DNA of 64,000 nt from Nemertoderma westbladi. Its lineage: Eukaryota; Animalia; Xenacoelomorpha. Below, piece by piece: positions 51,401 through 61,053 of the stretch. Where the stretch lies: NCBI GenBank assembly GCA_032718475.1, contig JAUCBJ010000816.1, positions 1 to 64,000 of the forward strand, given 5' to 3'. Numbering within the stretch: position 1 is the stretch's first letter; each line of letters starts with the position of its first letter. Position numbers and translations under genes: made by a program. The notes beneath the pieces are model-generated. The model was not told the DNA's origin, searched no databases, and was given only the letters and a program-made list of their open reading frames with translations.

Positions 51401-52714
51401 ACGCTCATCTAGAAACTCTTGCAAAGAGTAGGTTCGTCCACGTTCGATGTCCTCCTCGAGATTTTGTATTTCTCTATCGAACTGGGGTAAAGCTAATTCC
51501 TTCACCGCTCGGACTTGTTGCTGCAATTTACGCTTCTCCAAACAATCGTACGTTCCCTTTCCGATTTTCTGCCGAATAGCGTCTAATGCATTTCGTACAA
51601 CGCTCTCTTCGACTTCCGTAACGGGTTGGATAGAGGTGAAGCCGGGACGGTTGTATGGGTTAAACGTTGATATTAGATGACCACGTCCCAATCCAGCTAG
51701 GTAGGGTTGGCGAATGTCTCGTGAGCCTACTACCGGAGTGCCACCGATCAACTGTTCGGGTAACACTAGATCTTTGAACAGTGAGTACAGTTCGGGAGGA
51801 TCCGTGATACTATTAGGGTCAAGAGTTTGAGGTCTAACTGAGGAATGCGGAGGTCTGACCGAGTATTCCGGAACTCTGATCATCGGTTTGTTCAAGGATC
51901 GCTTGAGTCGAGCGACCGCAGGGGACACATCGAACAGGTTTCGCTCGAAACTCCCGTAAGTATATCGTGTAAAACTGTGTTTAGCGCAACGTCTCCGCGG
52001 ATGTTTATGTCTTTCCGTTTGCTGATTGGGTCTAGGGCATTCGTCGCAGTAATACCAAAGACGCATGTCCTGCAGAGGAAACGCGGGTGATCGTTCTCCA
52101 GTTTTACAATATTCCTCCATCTGTTCGAAGCTATCTGGGACAACAGGTAGCGGTCGATCAGCGGTAAGATACATCATAGTAAAATAGAGTCGTTTGAGTT
52201 CTATCATAGGATCATGATGTATACCTTGAGGATATCGAGTTTCGAGATTTTGTTGACTGGCAATATTGAGGTATGTTTCTCTCAAGAATTCCAGATAATC
52301 GTTGAAGTCGTTGCGTTTATCCGGTTCTTCAACGTCTTCTCTTTCGAGTCGGTTTCGAATAGAGTTCTCGTGTTCTATTCTTGGCTTATCGTTCCGATTC
52401 CGTTGGGTATGATATTTAAATAAAACCATTTCCCTTTCGGTATCCACATCGTCCGTATCGTGTAAATCGATAGGGTGGCCGGTAGTTAAGAAGTCCATAT
52501 ACGTACCATTACGATGCGTATAGCGAGCGGTGAACTTTCTATAGTCCAATTCACGCGTAAGTTGCTCCGGGGACATTGGCGGTTCGATATAACGACCATC
52601 ATCCTCCGTAGTAGTTGGACCAGCGTCGCCGCGTATCAAGCTATCGACAAACGCTTGTAAAGGTAGAGTATATCGCTCCCTGATGCCAAGATCATCTTCT
52701 ATCAACTCAGTCAT
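48461..52714 (-). CDS. Intronless 1417-aa protein with DEDDy (RNase D/WRN-like) exonuclease-like domain and Cys/His zinc knuckles
   Basis: ExoI-like VVTYDNEG, ExoII-like LFNEGILKIGSAVYGD, FVDTQ, SIGHLA, ExoIII-like PLRPSLAIYTIFE (~49900-50600). CRLCASRDH, CEYC..H....C and CHHCQLKGHASYNC (~49190-49390). Basic C-terminal tail. Confidence 0.75.
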   Translation of the reverse strand: MTELIEDDLGIRERYTLPLQAFVDSLIRGDAGPTTTEDDGRYIEPPMSPEQLTRELDYRKFTARYTHRNGTYMDFLTTGHPIDLHDTDDVDTEREMVLFKYHTQRNRNDKPRIEHENSIRNRLEREDVEEPDKRNDFNDYLEFLRETYLNIASQQNLETRYPQGIHHDPMIELKRLYFTMMYLTADRPLPVVPDSFEQMEEYCKTGERSPAFPLQDMRLWYYCDECPRPNQQTERHKHPRRRCAKHSFTRYTYGSFERNLFDVSPAVARLKRSLNKPMIRVPEYSVRPPHSSVRPQTLDPNSITDPPELYSLFKDLVLPEQLIGGTPVVGSRDIRQPYLAGLGRGHLISTFNPYNRPGFTSIQPVTEVEESVVRNALDAIRQKIGKGTYDCLEKRKLQQQVRAVKELALPQFDREIQNLEEDIERGRTYSLQEFLDERLQQQAEENQLEERHIELDEREEAALAQPEAQILMTDLYSKTILHPSMVPHFGDKLFATAQPQPVDINLRSRDLIADAPLLQRPPIEPARVDGILVEPPDNRADLVRRMVHDVNIRARPLPDSFYGIKDHPYYVNLKQYYMVKPEDPTHSLKFLPLINPLDLVELEQLQKHLDQLVKVNSFRKPYNVSRIEKETIPPYNLDGFIKTRLVHWNLDVLFEEERIQRYGDEETHTTQYLKYKDLPNASECATLWHPVGMTLENATKEWNETLNVIEMYGVVTYDNEGSVPVGELGTTRMIHIRGLAGSTHVFTRACSDVIDYSFETLTEIQKKLRHGQFELAQRYVTDTERKPAMGIDGSMLPQPVLEMLFNEGILKIGSAVYGDLQNDFRNMENIPYPFVDTQLIAPWAEGRGFFRTMYANTPSGITKVQRTSIGHLAFQEYGWNFKVGNPINYQQVYGDHYSRLYFDGPLTAPGAVYSFMSVPLRPSLAIYTIFENAALAGWLADVCSRTIRAHPLILGTKLAKLDEHNKFIRFECFRRFLTPFRNVDSQFKDRALTKLSLRDSAAEKLNSAGFALFQDVCIQNLHSSVIQRPRIPTGYSVVEVQTVGPLAETAAPTSAMQLEDEPICLEAEAIQPTAPRSSDNDYVLEWYQGPQCLTAYDYRHANYVSRKRCRLCASRDHFTPMDSDVPCSYFHEQPMMEIYCEYCRINNSHIFAVCPQFMTQCHHCQLKGHASYNCPFNHDLESVDEMITLRYIRAWEANADLHCESRHRYYPGRSYEGVYAFHPYLLASVEQKTRVPSYELMKRVGECISTKFVRRYLRNVNPNDITSYHLINYIRQDPEYGDLFINSHPELQEVSRRPYEYRARERELERTIKPRKFLTTHGPPTAIAQTTRQGPVGAAVLRRALKAVRPRSTEVDIDQPGTSTGGYTDRNPKPSDAIVLHPSPRSYSPPSKVARPKEKRTLTSLKKLRKRRPRKKD

Positions 52715-54354
52715 ATCTGCTATAAGTTTATCAATATTATAATGAGTTTATATATATTAGGCTAGCGGGCGTCGCTGCCTACCCCTCTTTTGCCCCCGGA
52801 CAGTGTAAGATCCTCAGCGCCGATGTACCGTCGTCGCTGTGCTTTCGCCAACGATGTAGCTACACAACGACAACGATAACCGGCACAAATCACTTAACTG
52901 TCCGTCCCAAAGGCTTAGATGTACTGCAGGTTCTTCTTGGAGAGTTAGGGTTACTTTCACAATTGCGACTCGCTACTGTAAACACACCTTAGTAGTAACA
53001 TTCACCTACAAACGCACAAATTCAACACAACTGCAACAAACTGCACACATTCAGGCCATTTGTCCGTTAGTCAGTACCTTCCAGAATGTCAATGTATTTA
53101 TTATGTATCCTTGGATACTAGCAGTGCGCTATTTATTCCCTATGCTATTCAATGGGGCATGCTTTCTATTGTTCTTTTAACTCACTTCTAATTCTAGCGT
53201 GGTAGTTGCCATGGTGACATTATGGAAAGCTAGCGGTAGAATTAGGGTAATTCTCATGCATACAGATCTGGGATGCTATTTAATAGTAATTCTTTAATTG
53301 TCAATATCCTCTCTATATATGATTTTATGAATTTTATCGGCTATTGACTATGCATTGGAGATTCTCGCACACAAATACACTTAATAGAGTGAATCTCCGC
53401 TCCCATGATCTATTAATTAATGGAATTTTGGGAATGTTATAAATTGTACAAAATGACAATTTATTAAATTCATTTAAAGTATGAATTTAAATTTATTCCC
53501 GTGAATTTTATTATTTGATGTTAAATAGACACAATTTTATTCCAGAACGTGTCTGGGGACTGGGATCCTTGATTCTAGGAATTTTGTCCTTTTAAGAGTA
53601 TCGGTAAGTGCTACGATATCTTAATCGACTAGAATTTTAAAGGATCTGATATTTGACAGATTTTTGTAAATATTAATAATTAATATTTAGGATGGGCACC
53701 AGTTTATTCCAGAACTTGTCTGGGGACGTTAACCACTGATTCTAGAAATTTGTCTTTCAAGTATATCGGTGGGTGCCGCGATATCTTAATCGACTAGAAT
53801 TACAGATGGTCAAAGGGTTTAACAGATTTATTTTGCGTTATACGCTACTGTTAAAGGGACATCACGCTACTATATGTATTATTTAATATACGGTATGAGA
53901 GCAATATCGCACGAAGCAATGTCAGTGTGAAGAGGCAAGTCGTTTCCAAGGTCTACCCAGAGCTTGGTTTAGCCGAGACACGAGGATCTGAACTTTGCAT
54001 TCCTAATACTCTGCCTACCAATAATACTTGAATATAGTAGTGGCTTCATTGTACTTTAATAAGTACGAAGATTTCATCTTACTGTAGTCACGTATTGATA
54101 ATGTAATACGGGCAGTAAGGAAAGAGAAAAAGAATTATTTCTCGCCGTCGCACTAAATATATAATATACGTAATTAAATAATAAACGCGAATATATATTG
54201 CACTAATCTACTAAATAATCTCTAAAATACCATACTACTAAATAAAATTAAATAAAACGATTAAAATAAAATTACATAATAATACATACATAAATATAAA
54301 AATAAAACAAATACAAATATAAAGTAATATGGTCACACACCCACTCCAGCCATT

Positions 54355-55299
54355 TTAAGTTGGGGAGTCCCTAGATGTTTGTTGGATTAGGGAGGTGGTC
54401 GTGGGAAGAGTATCTTGTCTCCCATAGTTTCCGGAGAGTTCTCTGTCTCTTTCCAGTAAACATAAACGTCCCACCGGGCGATTGAGCTGCTGCGTCTCGA
54501 AGACAATTCCCGGTTTCTTGAAGTTACGTCGCATGACGACGAGTTCTACCGATCGCACCAAACCGTGATCCGAGATATGCGTCTCGATTATACGACCTGT
54601 CTGCCACCGCTTACGTGGAAGATCCACATCCACAATAAGCACCATGTCTCCGGCGCTGACGTTTTCTTGCTGCGCAAACCACTTAGTTCGAAGTTGTAGC
54701 GTGGGCAGATAATGTTTTTCGAAATGGTCAGCGAAACGACGGGATAACAACTGCATGAGTTGCCAAGTTTGTCGGCAGTATTCGTCTCCATCTGTGATTT
54801 CCGATTGTGGGAGCATGGCTACAGGTTTCTTCAGTAGGAAGTGCGCGGGTGTTAGCGCTTCCAGGGAATCGGGACTCGATGAGACTGGCATAAGCGGTCT
54901 CTCATTGAGATAGGCGGCGATTTCTTCCATTAACGTCCGCAAAAGTTCGTCGGTGAGATAAGCGCGGCAAGGCACTATAAAATGAAATGCTGTCTTCACG
55001 CTTCTTATTAATCTCTCCCAACTTCCTCCCCACCAAGGGGCGTCGGCGGCGTTGAAGGTCCAACTAGACGCTGTTACTCGTAGTTGGTCGTCCACCTGTC
55101 TTTGGTTCCAATCTTTGACGTAAGCTTTGATTTCATTGTTGGCACCAATGAAGTTTGTTCCCTTATCAGATCTCATCGTGTTACTAGTGCCAAAGCGAGC
55201 GATCTGTCGTCGTAAGCTTAATAGAAAGCTGTTGGTAGATAAATCGTTCACCATATCGAGATGGATGGCTCTACAAGTCATACAAACAAAGATTACAGA
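54355..55299 (-). pseudogene. BEL/Pao integrase core and C-terminus, separated from pol by a stop and a deletion
   Basis: VIFVCMTCRAIHLD...SDKGTNF...PWWGGSWERLIRSVK...LNERPL...LTPAHFL. Same frame as the upstream pol, after the TAA at 55300-55302. Confidence 0.92.
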
Positions 55300-58200
55300 T
55301 TAAAGATTAGTAAAGGGTGGTTCATAAAAGCTTACTCGTTCCCTAGGTAATTCTGCCTCTCTCTGTGTTAAAGGCCTACTGAATGCTTTCCTACAGGGTA
55401 TACAGTTCCTAAGAACTTGGTTCAGAGCTCTACGGGGTTTATAAAAATAATAGCGAGTTCGAATTTCGCTAAGAACTCGTTCTCTACCAGCATGATAAAG
55501 TTTGCTGTGAACATCTACAATCATCTTGACTTGTATTTCAAGATTTCTAATGAGTATGGGGAACTTAGTATCAAAGGATAATGGGGCGTTCGTTAATCTT
55601 CCTCCAACACGTATCAACCCATCTATCATTGTGCTAGAGAAACGATCCCTTAGGCGCATCTGTGGATTTCTCAACAACAGGAAATACTTATCGGAATCTT
55701 CATAGCATTGTAAGAGTCTTAGCAACTGTTTGTTGGTTTCTTCATGCTCCTGATAACTGATCTTCTCCTTCAGAAACTTGTCGGGTACCTTATATTTAGG
55801 GAGATCTTTAATAACATGGACCTGCACTGATATGATTGGAGCGGTATCACCCTTTGTTTTCATCCCAGAGTAGTGATGGTGAAAACATCTCTTTAAATAT
55901 GTAACGGCCTTACAGAGCCGATTCCAAGAACTGTAGTGATGTATCGCTCTCTGCAGGAGAGGTGAGAGTCCTTGCGAGATGTCAGGTATGCCAGATTTCC
56001 AATCCTTATCACGGATTTCCACAACGAGTTTATTTGTGGCTGTGGGTTTCTGATCCAAAGCTTCGTCTCCGGAAGTATGTAGTACAGACAGATCTACTGT
56101 GGGTTTGAATAACTTCGATTTACTCGCCTGAGTTTTAGGTTTGACTTTCTCCGCTCCCTTGGCCTGTCTAATTTCTGCTGTAGTAAGATGAGGAGGCCAT
56201 TCTTCTTCTTCTTTGTAAAGGAAGTCGGGTCCAACTAACCAGTCTGGAGTATCTACCAGTTCTTGTGGAGTTGCTCCCCTGGAAGCGATGTCCGCTGGAT
56301 TAATCGTTCCGGGGCAATGTCTCCATTGATCCATCGTCGTGCGACTGAGTATAATAGCTACTCTGTTGGTAACGAAGACGCTGAACTGACAGACTTCATT
56401 GGTTATATACTCCAACACGAGTAAAGCGTCGGTCCAATAGACAGTTTTCTCCAGAGGATAGTCGATCTGTTCTGTTACATTCCGGCCGATGGCTGTAGCG
56501 TATAGAGCCGCTTTTAACTCCGCTCGAGGAACTTTCAACTTGTTGTTTATTAATGCCTTAGAGGTAACCAAGGCGACTTTAATTCCGTCCGGAGTTTCCA
56601 CCCTTAGGTAGGCTACTATACCTATTCCCATATCGATGGCTTCTCCAAACACATGGAGTTGATATGAATACGTAGGGAGAACATGACCAAAGTATGAACG
56701 GGAAATTATGAAGTTTTCGATGGCTGGTAGAGAATCTTCCCATTTCATCCACTTCTTTAATAATTCTCCCTTAAGTGGATCGTCCCATGAGTGGTTTTCA
56801 AGCCACATTTGTTGTACTAAACTCCGAGCAATTAATATAACTGGGCTAATAAATCCCAATGGGTCGAAATAAGTGCTCAGGATACTTAAACATATCCGTT
56901 TAGTCCGAACTGGATTATCTCGCTGTTTTAGTTGGAAAAACAGGATATCTCTTTCTGTGTCCCATTTCAAACCAAGGGTCTTAGTTTCTGGGAGATCATC
57001 CTTTATTAGATCTAGGTCTTTTGTTCCTCGATCTTCTACCGGTATCGACTCCAGAAACTCACGGGAGTTGCTGGTGAATTTAGTTAATCGAAATCCACCT
57101 TTCTTTAAGCATTCTACCGTTCCCTTTGCGACCTCAATGGCTTCTTCGACTGATGGAAAGGACTTCAGATTATCGTCCATGTAGATGTCTCGTTTAATAT
57201 TGTCGATCACTTCTTTAGAGAAGGTGTCTCGGTTGTCATCCGCAGTGGTGCGTACCACGGAACAGGCGTTTGAAGGGCTCGAGATTATCCCAAAGGCTTG
57301 GATGGTCATCCAGTACTCCACCGGTTTCTTATTGAGGTCTCCTTCAGGCCACCACAAAAATCGTAGACTATCTCGATCCCTATCCAGCGCTTTGACTTGT
57401 AAGAACATGCCTTCTATATCTGAGGCGAAAGCAATGGAGTATTGTCTTAACCTTAATAATATTCCCAACAAGGATTGGAGTAAGTTGGGTCCGGGCAACA
57501 ATTCAGAATTAAGGGATTGGCCCATATAGAGGGCGGAGCCGTCGAACACCACTCGTACTTCATGGGGTTTACCGGGTTTGGGAACGTAATGGTGAGTTAA
57601 ATAATACGTTCTCTCAGTTATAGGAGTTTCTTCCGGTACTAGCTCCGCATATCCCTTGCTAATAAACTTCTTCAACTGTGTTTTATACATTTCTTTAGCT
57701 GAAGAATTTGCCGTAAGGCGTCGATGTAGTTGAGCAATTCTTTTCTCTGCCAAAGGTCTGTTGTTAATGAACTTTGGTTCTCGCTTTCGGAAAGGAAGTC
57801 CGATCTCATACCTACCTTGATCTTTAAGAAAACGAGTAGTTGTCGCTTGGATCTGCTTGGCTCTTTCTTCCTCCACCGATAGGGCCTTATCGTAGGAGTT
57901 GGGCTCTACGACCTCTTGAGTAAAGAATCTCACGGCGTGTTCATCCCGAGTCTTGGCATTATAACGTTCAATGACGTCATTAAGCTCGTCGTTATAGTCG
58001 TCTCGCTCAGATGGGTGAAGGAGTTGACATAAGTTCACTTGATTTTGCCAAGTCTCGCTTTCCTTAAGGAGATCGATGGCATTCTCCTCATCAAAAAGTT
58101 GATGTATATCGTCGTTGTCTGAGGAGTATGGAGTTCCCTCAGTTGGATCGTCGAACTCACTGTTCTCAACTTCCCATTCTCGCGCTTGGTATACCTGCTC

Positions 58201-61053
58201 TTTAGGTAATCTTTCCATTAGAGTTCTACGGGAAGGGCCAGTAAAGTACCAACCTACTCTAGTTCTTCCCGCATAAACTTGTAGAGGTTGCGGTTGAGCA
58301 GGTCGTTTCTCTAATGTCTCGAGCGCTTCATGCGCATTTTGACCGATGAGTATTTGCACTCCAGGATAATCTGTCTGGAATCGAGGTATCTTAAGATGTT
58401 GGATGCTCTCATCCTCGTCCCAATTATAAAGGTCTGCTTGAGTAGTAGCGAAGTTCTTTATAGCCACCATTTTCACTGACCTTATGCTATGTTCTCCTAG
58501 TTCGTCCTGGGGGGTGGACAACGCACCTACATAATAATCTGCTGTTACTGTGGATTTCCAAACTTGCATAATTCCTGACATGTTTAGCTTAGTTCGGAAC
58601 TTGGGTTGTCCATCGAATATGTCTTCGGCTAGCTCTTTGTCGATGAATGTTCCTGTACTACCGGAATCAAGGAGGGCGTTCACTACATAACTCCTTTTTG
58701 GTCCGTGGACCCTTACCTGTACCACAGGAAATTCTCTAATCCCTACATTGGAAGTTGGCGCTTTCCAAGATGGTTGTCGATCAGAAGTAGTTAGAGCGAG
58801 GTCAATGTCTGTTTCTTTTTCATAAATGAGTGCTCGATACACTGTGGTATTTATCATGTAACAGGATTCGTTTTCGTCGGAGAACTCGTCCGTATAGAAT
58901 CCTTCCATCTCAGATTGATCAGTGTCGTTCACATCACTGAATTGGACATGTAATTCGGAATCACTTACCTGACTCGGACTATTTCGCTCGAATTCAGTGT
59001 GCAACAAGATATGATGTTTCGCACTGCACTTGGTACATCTTGTGTCAGAGTAACAGGTTCGCCGTTGGTGTCCATGTCTGAGGCAATTATAACACAACCG
59101 CTTGTTCCACATGACTTCACGTCTCTCAGTTAATGATTTCTTTAGAAATTCATCACACATATTTAAGCGATGGGTCCCATCACATAGCGCACATTTCGGT
59201 TTGATGTTACTTACCTTACTCTGAGTAACATTGTGTACACTTGTTTTTTCTTCGGGCTTTCTCACCTGAATTCTCTTGGGAGACGTAGGAGGAGTTTTTC
59301 TTACCTGTTCTCTCCTGTCATTTGTTCGAGACTTGAATTTACTTACCTGATCTTTAGGCATTTTATTTACGTAATAAGATCTATCAGTGTCTTTCCCGCT
59401 ATCTTCTCCTTGAGAAGTCTGGCTTTCGCCATCATCTGTATAACACACTGGTGTTACCTTTCTCCGAGCGACGGGTTTTTCACTTACCTTGTTTTCCGGT
59501 GTCTTCTCTCTGGACAATTTCAGGAGCTGTAATTTCACTTCTCCATCTAGGAATGACATGAGATCAGCCATGGTAGGGTCTCGTCGTTGTTGTTCCATCA
59601 TATATAGCACTTTCTTATCCCAGCGTGTACCTACTCCACCCTTCGGTAAAGTAGAAGCCACTGCTCTAATAACCATAGCATTCTGATACTCATGAGACTT
59701 ACCTAGCCAATCTAATTGTCTGCAGATCTCCTGAATCTCATCGGAAAACTCTATAATTCCGCTGCTAATAAACTTTCGGGGCGCTACCAACTTTGCATAC
59801 AAATACCCAGCTATATTATTCCTATTACCATACCTGATGTTTAGTGTATCCCAAACTTGTCTTAATCCGTCTGGATGTCCAATAAACTTTAACGCCATTA
59901 ACTTGGGAGATCCTTCCAAGCACTCGATGAGGAATCTAAGTTTCTCTCCATTAGATAGCACAGAGTTCTGTATGTTATCTTTGTAATATTCATTAAAAGG
60001 TAACCATTTCATCTCATCTCCATTGAACTTGACGATCTCTCCCACCTTTACTGCTTGCCGGGCTTCGGTTCTAGCCATTTGACGCGTAAAACTTTCTTGG
60101 GCCATCGTGTTATTTAATATCGAGTTATCGGTATATAAATTTCTCGGATTATGATCCGGTCTATAGGGAATATCATTATCAACAGGTCTATAATTACCCT
60201 TAATAGGGTTCACTATAGGAGTTTCTACTTCGCTAGCAGTATAGATGCGTGTAGGCTCCACACCTTGCGCATGAGATACTTCAGACCTAACAGGTTGACA
60301 CATGGTTACAGGGGGTGGTGGTATACCCTTTTGTGCATTTACTAATTTATCGCGTTCTAGCGCGATACTTTGCTGCACTTCTTGCAACTCTAGCCTACTT
60401 TCCCTTACTGTGCCCTTGAATTGCTGAACGGTCTCCTGCATCTGTCCGAGCAGGAGATCCATCCCCCGTCGTCTCTCATCCACCCATTCAACCGCCGAAG
60501 CGGGATTCGCCAACATTGTAGCGGGCGGACGAGGGACAACGGGCGACAAATCATGGATATTTCGCTCGGAGTCCAGGGCATGAACTGTCTCACGGACTGT
60601 TCTGCTGGGCACAGGTAGCTTAGTGCTGTGCAAAGGGAATTGAGAGGTAGGTTCAGGGAGTACAGGTGTCTCTACGACCGAAAGGGTGGCTTCGGGAACA
60701 GACCTAACTATTTCGGGCTCATCTACTATAGTAGGGAGTCTCTCTATTGTAATTATTTGGTCTGTGGGTTCTGTACTACCTAAGTTGGTGTTATTTAGTT
60801 GCCTTCTAACAGCTGGAGGCAAATCAGGCAATTTTTGACGGTGGGATGTTCTTTTACGTCTGCTTAGGCGAGATCGATTTCCTCCGCCTTCAGTGTCGGT
60901 GGTATCGCCTTCCTCAGATGATGTATAACCCTGTCTTTTGGGAGTAGATCGATTCATCATCTGCATATTACTAGCTGTTAACTGTTTATTAAAGTTGTCT
61001 TGTCTCTCTTGAAGATTTTCCAACTCTAGTTGGGCAGTCTCTTCAGACGCCTT
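55300..61053 (-). CDS. BEL/Pao gag-pol polyprotein (gag core, zinc knuckles, protease, RT, RNase H, integrase HHCC)
   Basis: KFNGDEMKWLPF gag core; CALC..H..C, CYNCLRHGH..C, CTKCSAKHHILLH; ALLDSGS; RVVFDGS, DIEGMFLQV, YMDD; RAELKAA, YWTDA, NPADIASRG; H..LYHAG..CIPC. Confidence 0.95.
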   Translation of the reverse strand, partial: KASEETAQLELENLQERQDNFNKQLTASNMQMMNRSTPKRQGYTSSEEGDTTDTEGGGNRSRLSRRKRTSHRQKLPDLPPAVRRQLNNTNLGSTEPTDQIITIERLPTIVDEPEIVRSVPEATLSVVETPVLPEPTSQFPLHSTKLPVPSRTVRETVHALDSERNIHDLSPVVPRPPATMLANPASAVEWVDERRRGMDLLLGQMQETVQQFKGTVRESRLELQEVQQSIALERDKLVNAQKGIPPPPVTMCQPVRSEVSHAQGVEPTRIYTASEVETPIVNPIKGNYRPVDNDIPYRPDHNPRNLYTDNSILNNTMAQESFTRQMARTEARQAVKVGEIVKFNGDEMKWLPFNEYYKDNIQNSVLSNGEKLRFLIECLEGSPKLMALKFIGHPDGLRQVWDTLNIRYGNRNNIAGYLYAKLVAPRKFISSGIIEFSDEIQEICRQLDWLGKSHEYQNAMVIRAVASTLPKGGVGTRWDKKVLYMMEQQRRDPTMADLMSFLDGEVKLQLLKLSREKTPENKVSEKPVARRKVTPVCYTDDGESQTSQGEDSGKDTDRSYYVNKMPKDQVSKFKSRTNDRREQVRKTPPTSPKRIQVRKPEEKTSVHNVTQSKVSNIKPKCALCDGTHRLNMCDEFLKKSLTERREVMWNKRLCYNCLRHGHQRRTCYSDTRCTKCSAKHHILLHTEFERNSPSQVSDSELHVQFSDVNDTDQSEMEGFYTDEFSDENESCYMINTTVYRALIYEKETDIDLALTTSDRQPSWKAPTSNVGIREFPVVQVRVHGPKRSYVVNALLDSGSTGTFIDKELAEDIFDGQPKFRTKLNMSGIMQVWKSTVTADYYVGALSTPQDELGEHSIRSVKMVAIKNFATTQADLYNWDEDESIQHLKIPRFQTDYPGVQILIGQNAHEALETLEKRPAQPQPLQVYAGRTRVGWYFTGPSRRTLMERLPKEQVYQAREWEVENSEFDDPTEGTPYSSDNDDIHQLFDEENAIDLLKESETWQNQVNLCQLLHPSERDDYNDELNDVIERYNAKTRDEHAVRFFTQEVVEPNSYDKALSVEEERAKQIQATTTRFLKDQGRYEIGLPFRKREPKFINNRPLAEKRIAQLHRRLTANSSAKEMYKTQLKKFISKGYAELVPEETPITERTYYLTHHYVPKPGKPHEVRVVFDGSALYMGQSLNSELLPGPNLLQSLLGILLRLRQYSIAFASDIEGMFLQVKALDRDRDSLRFLWWPEGDLNKKPVEYWMTIQAFGIISSPSNACSVVRTTADDNRDTFSKEVIDNIKRDIYMDDNLKSFPSVEEAIEVAKGTVECLKKGGFRLTKFTSNSREFLESIPVEDRGTKDLDLIKDDLPETKTLGLKWDTERDILFFQLKQRDNPVRTKRICLSILSTYFDPLGFISPVILIARSLVQQMWLENHSWDDPLKGELLKKWMKWEDSLPAIENFIISRSYFGHVLPTYSYQLHVFGEAIDMGIGIVAYLRVETPDGIKVALVTSKALINNKLKVPRAELKAALYATAIGRNVTEQIDYPLEKTVYWTDALLVLEYITNEVCQFSVFVTNRVAIILSRTTMDQWRHCPGTINPADIASRGATPQELVDTPDWLVGPDFLYKEEEEWPPHLTTAEIRQAKGAEKVKPKTQASKSKLFKPTVDLSVLHTSGDEALDQKPTATNKLVVEIRDKDWKSGIPDISQGLSPLLQRAIHHYSSWNRLCKAVTYLKRCFHHHYSGMKTKGDTAPIISVQVHVIKDLPKYKVPDKFLKEKISYQEHEETNKQLLRLLQCYEDSDKYFLLLRNPQMRLRDRFSSTMIDGLIRVGGRLTNAPLSFDTKFPILIRNLEIQVKMIVDVHSKLYHAGRERVLSEIRTRYYFYKPRRALNQVLRNCIPCRKAFSRPLTQREAELPRERVSFYEPPFTNL

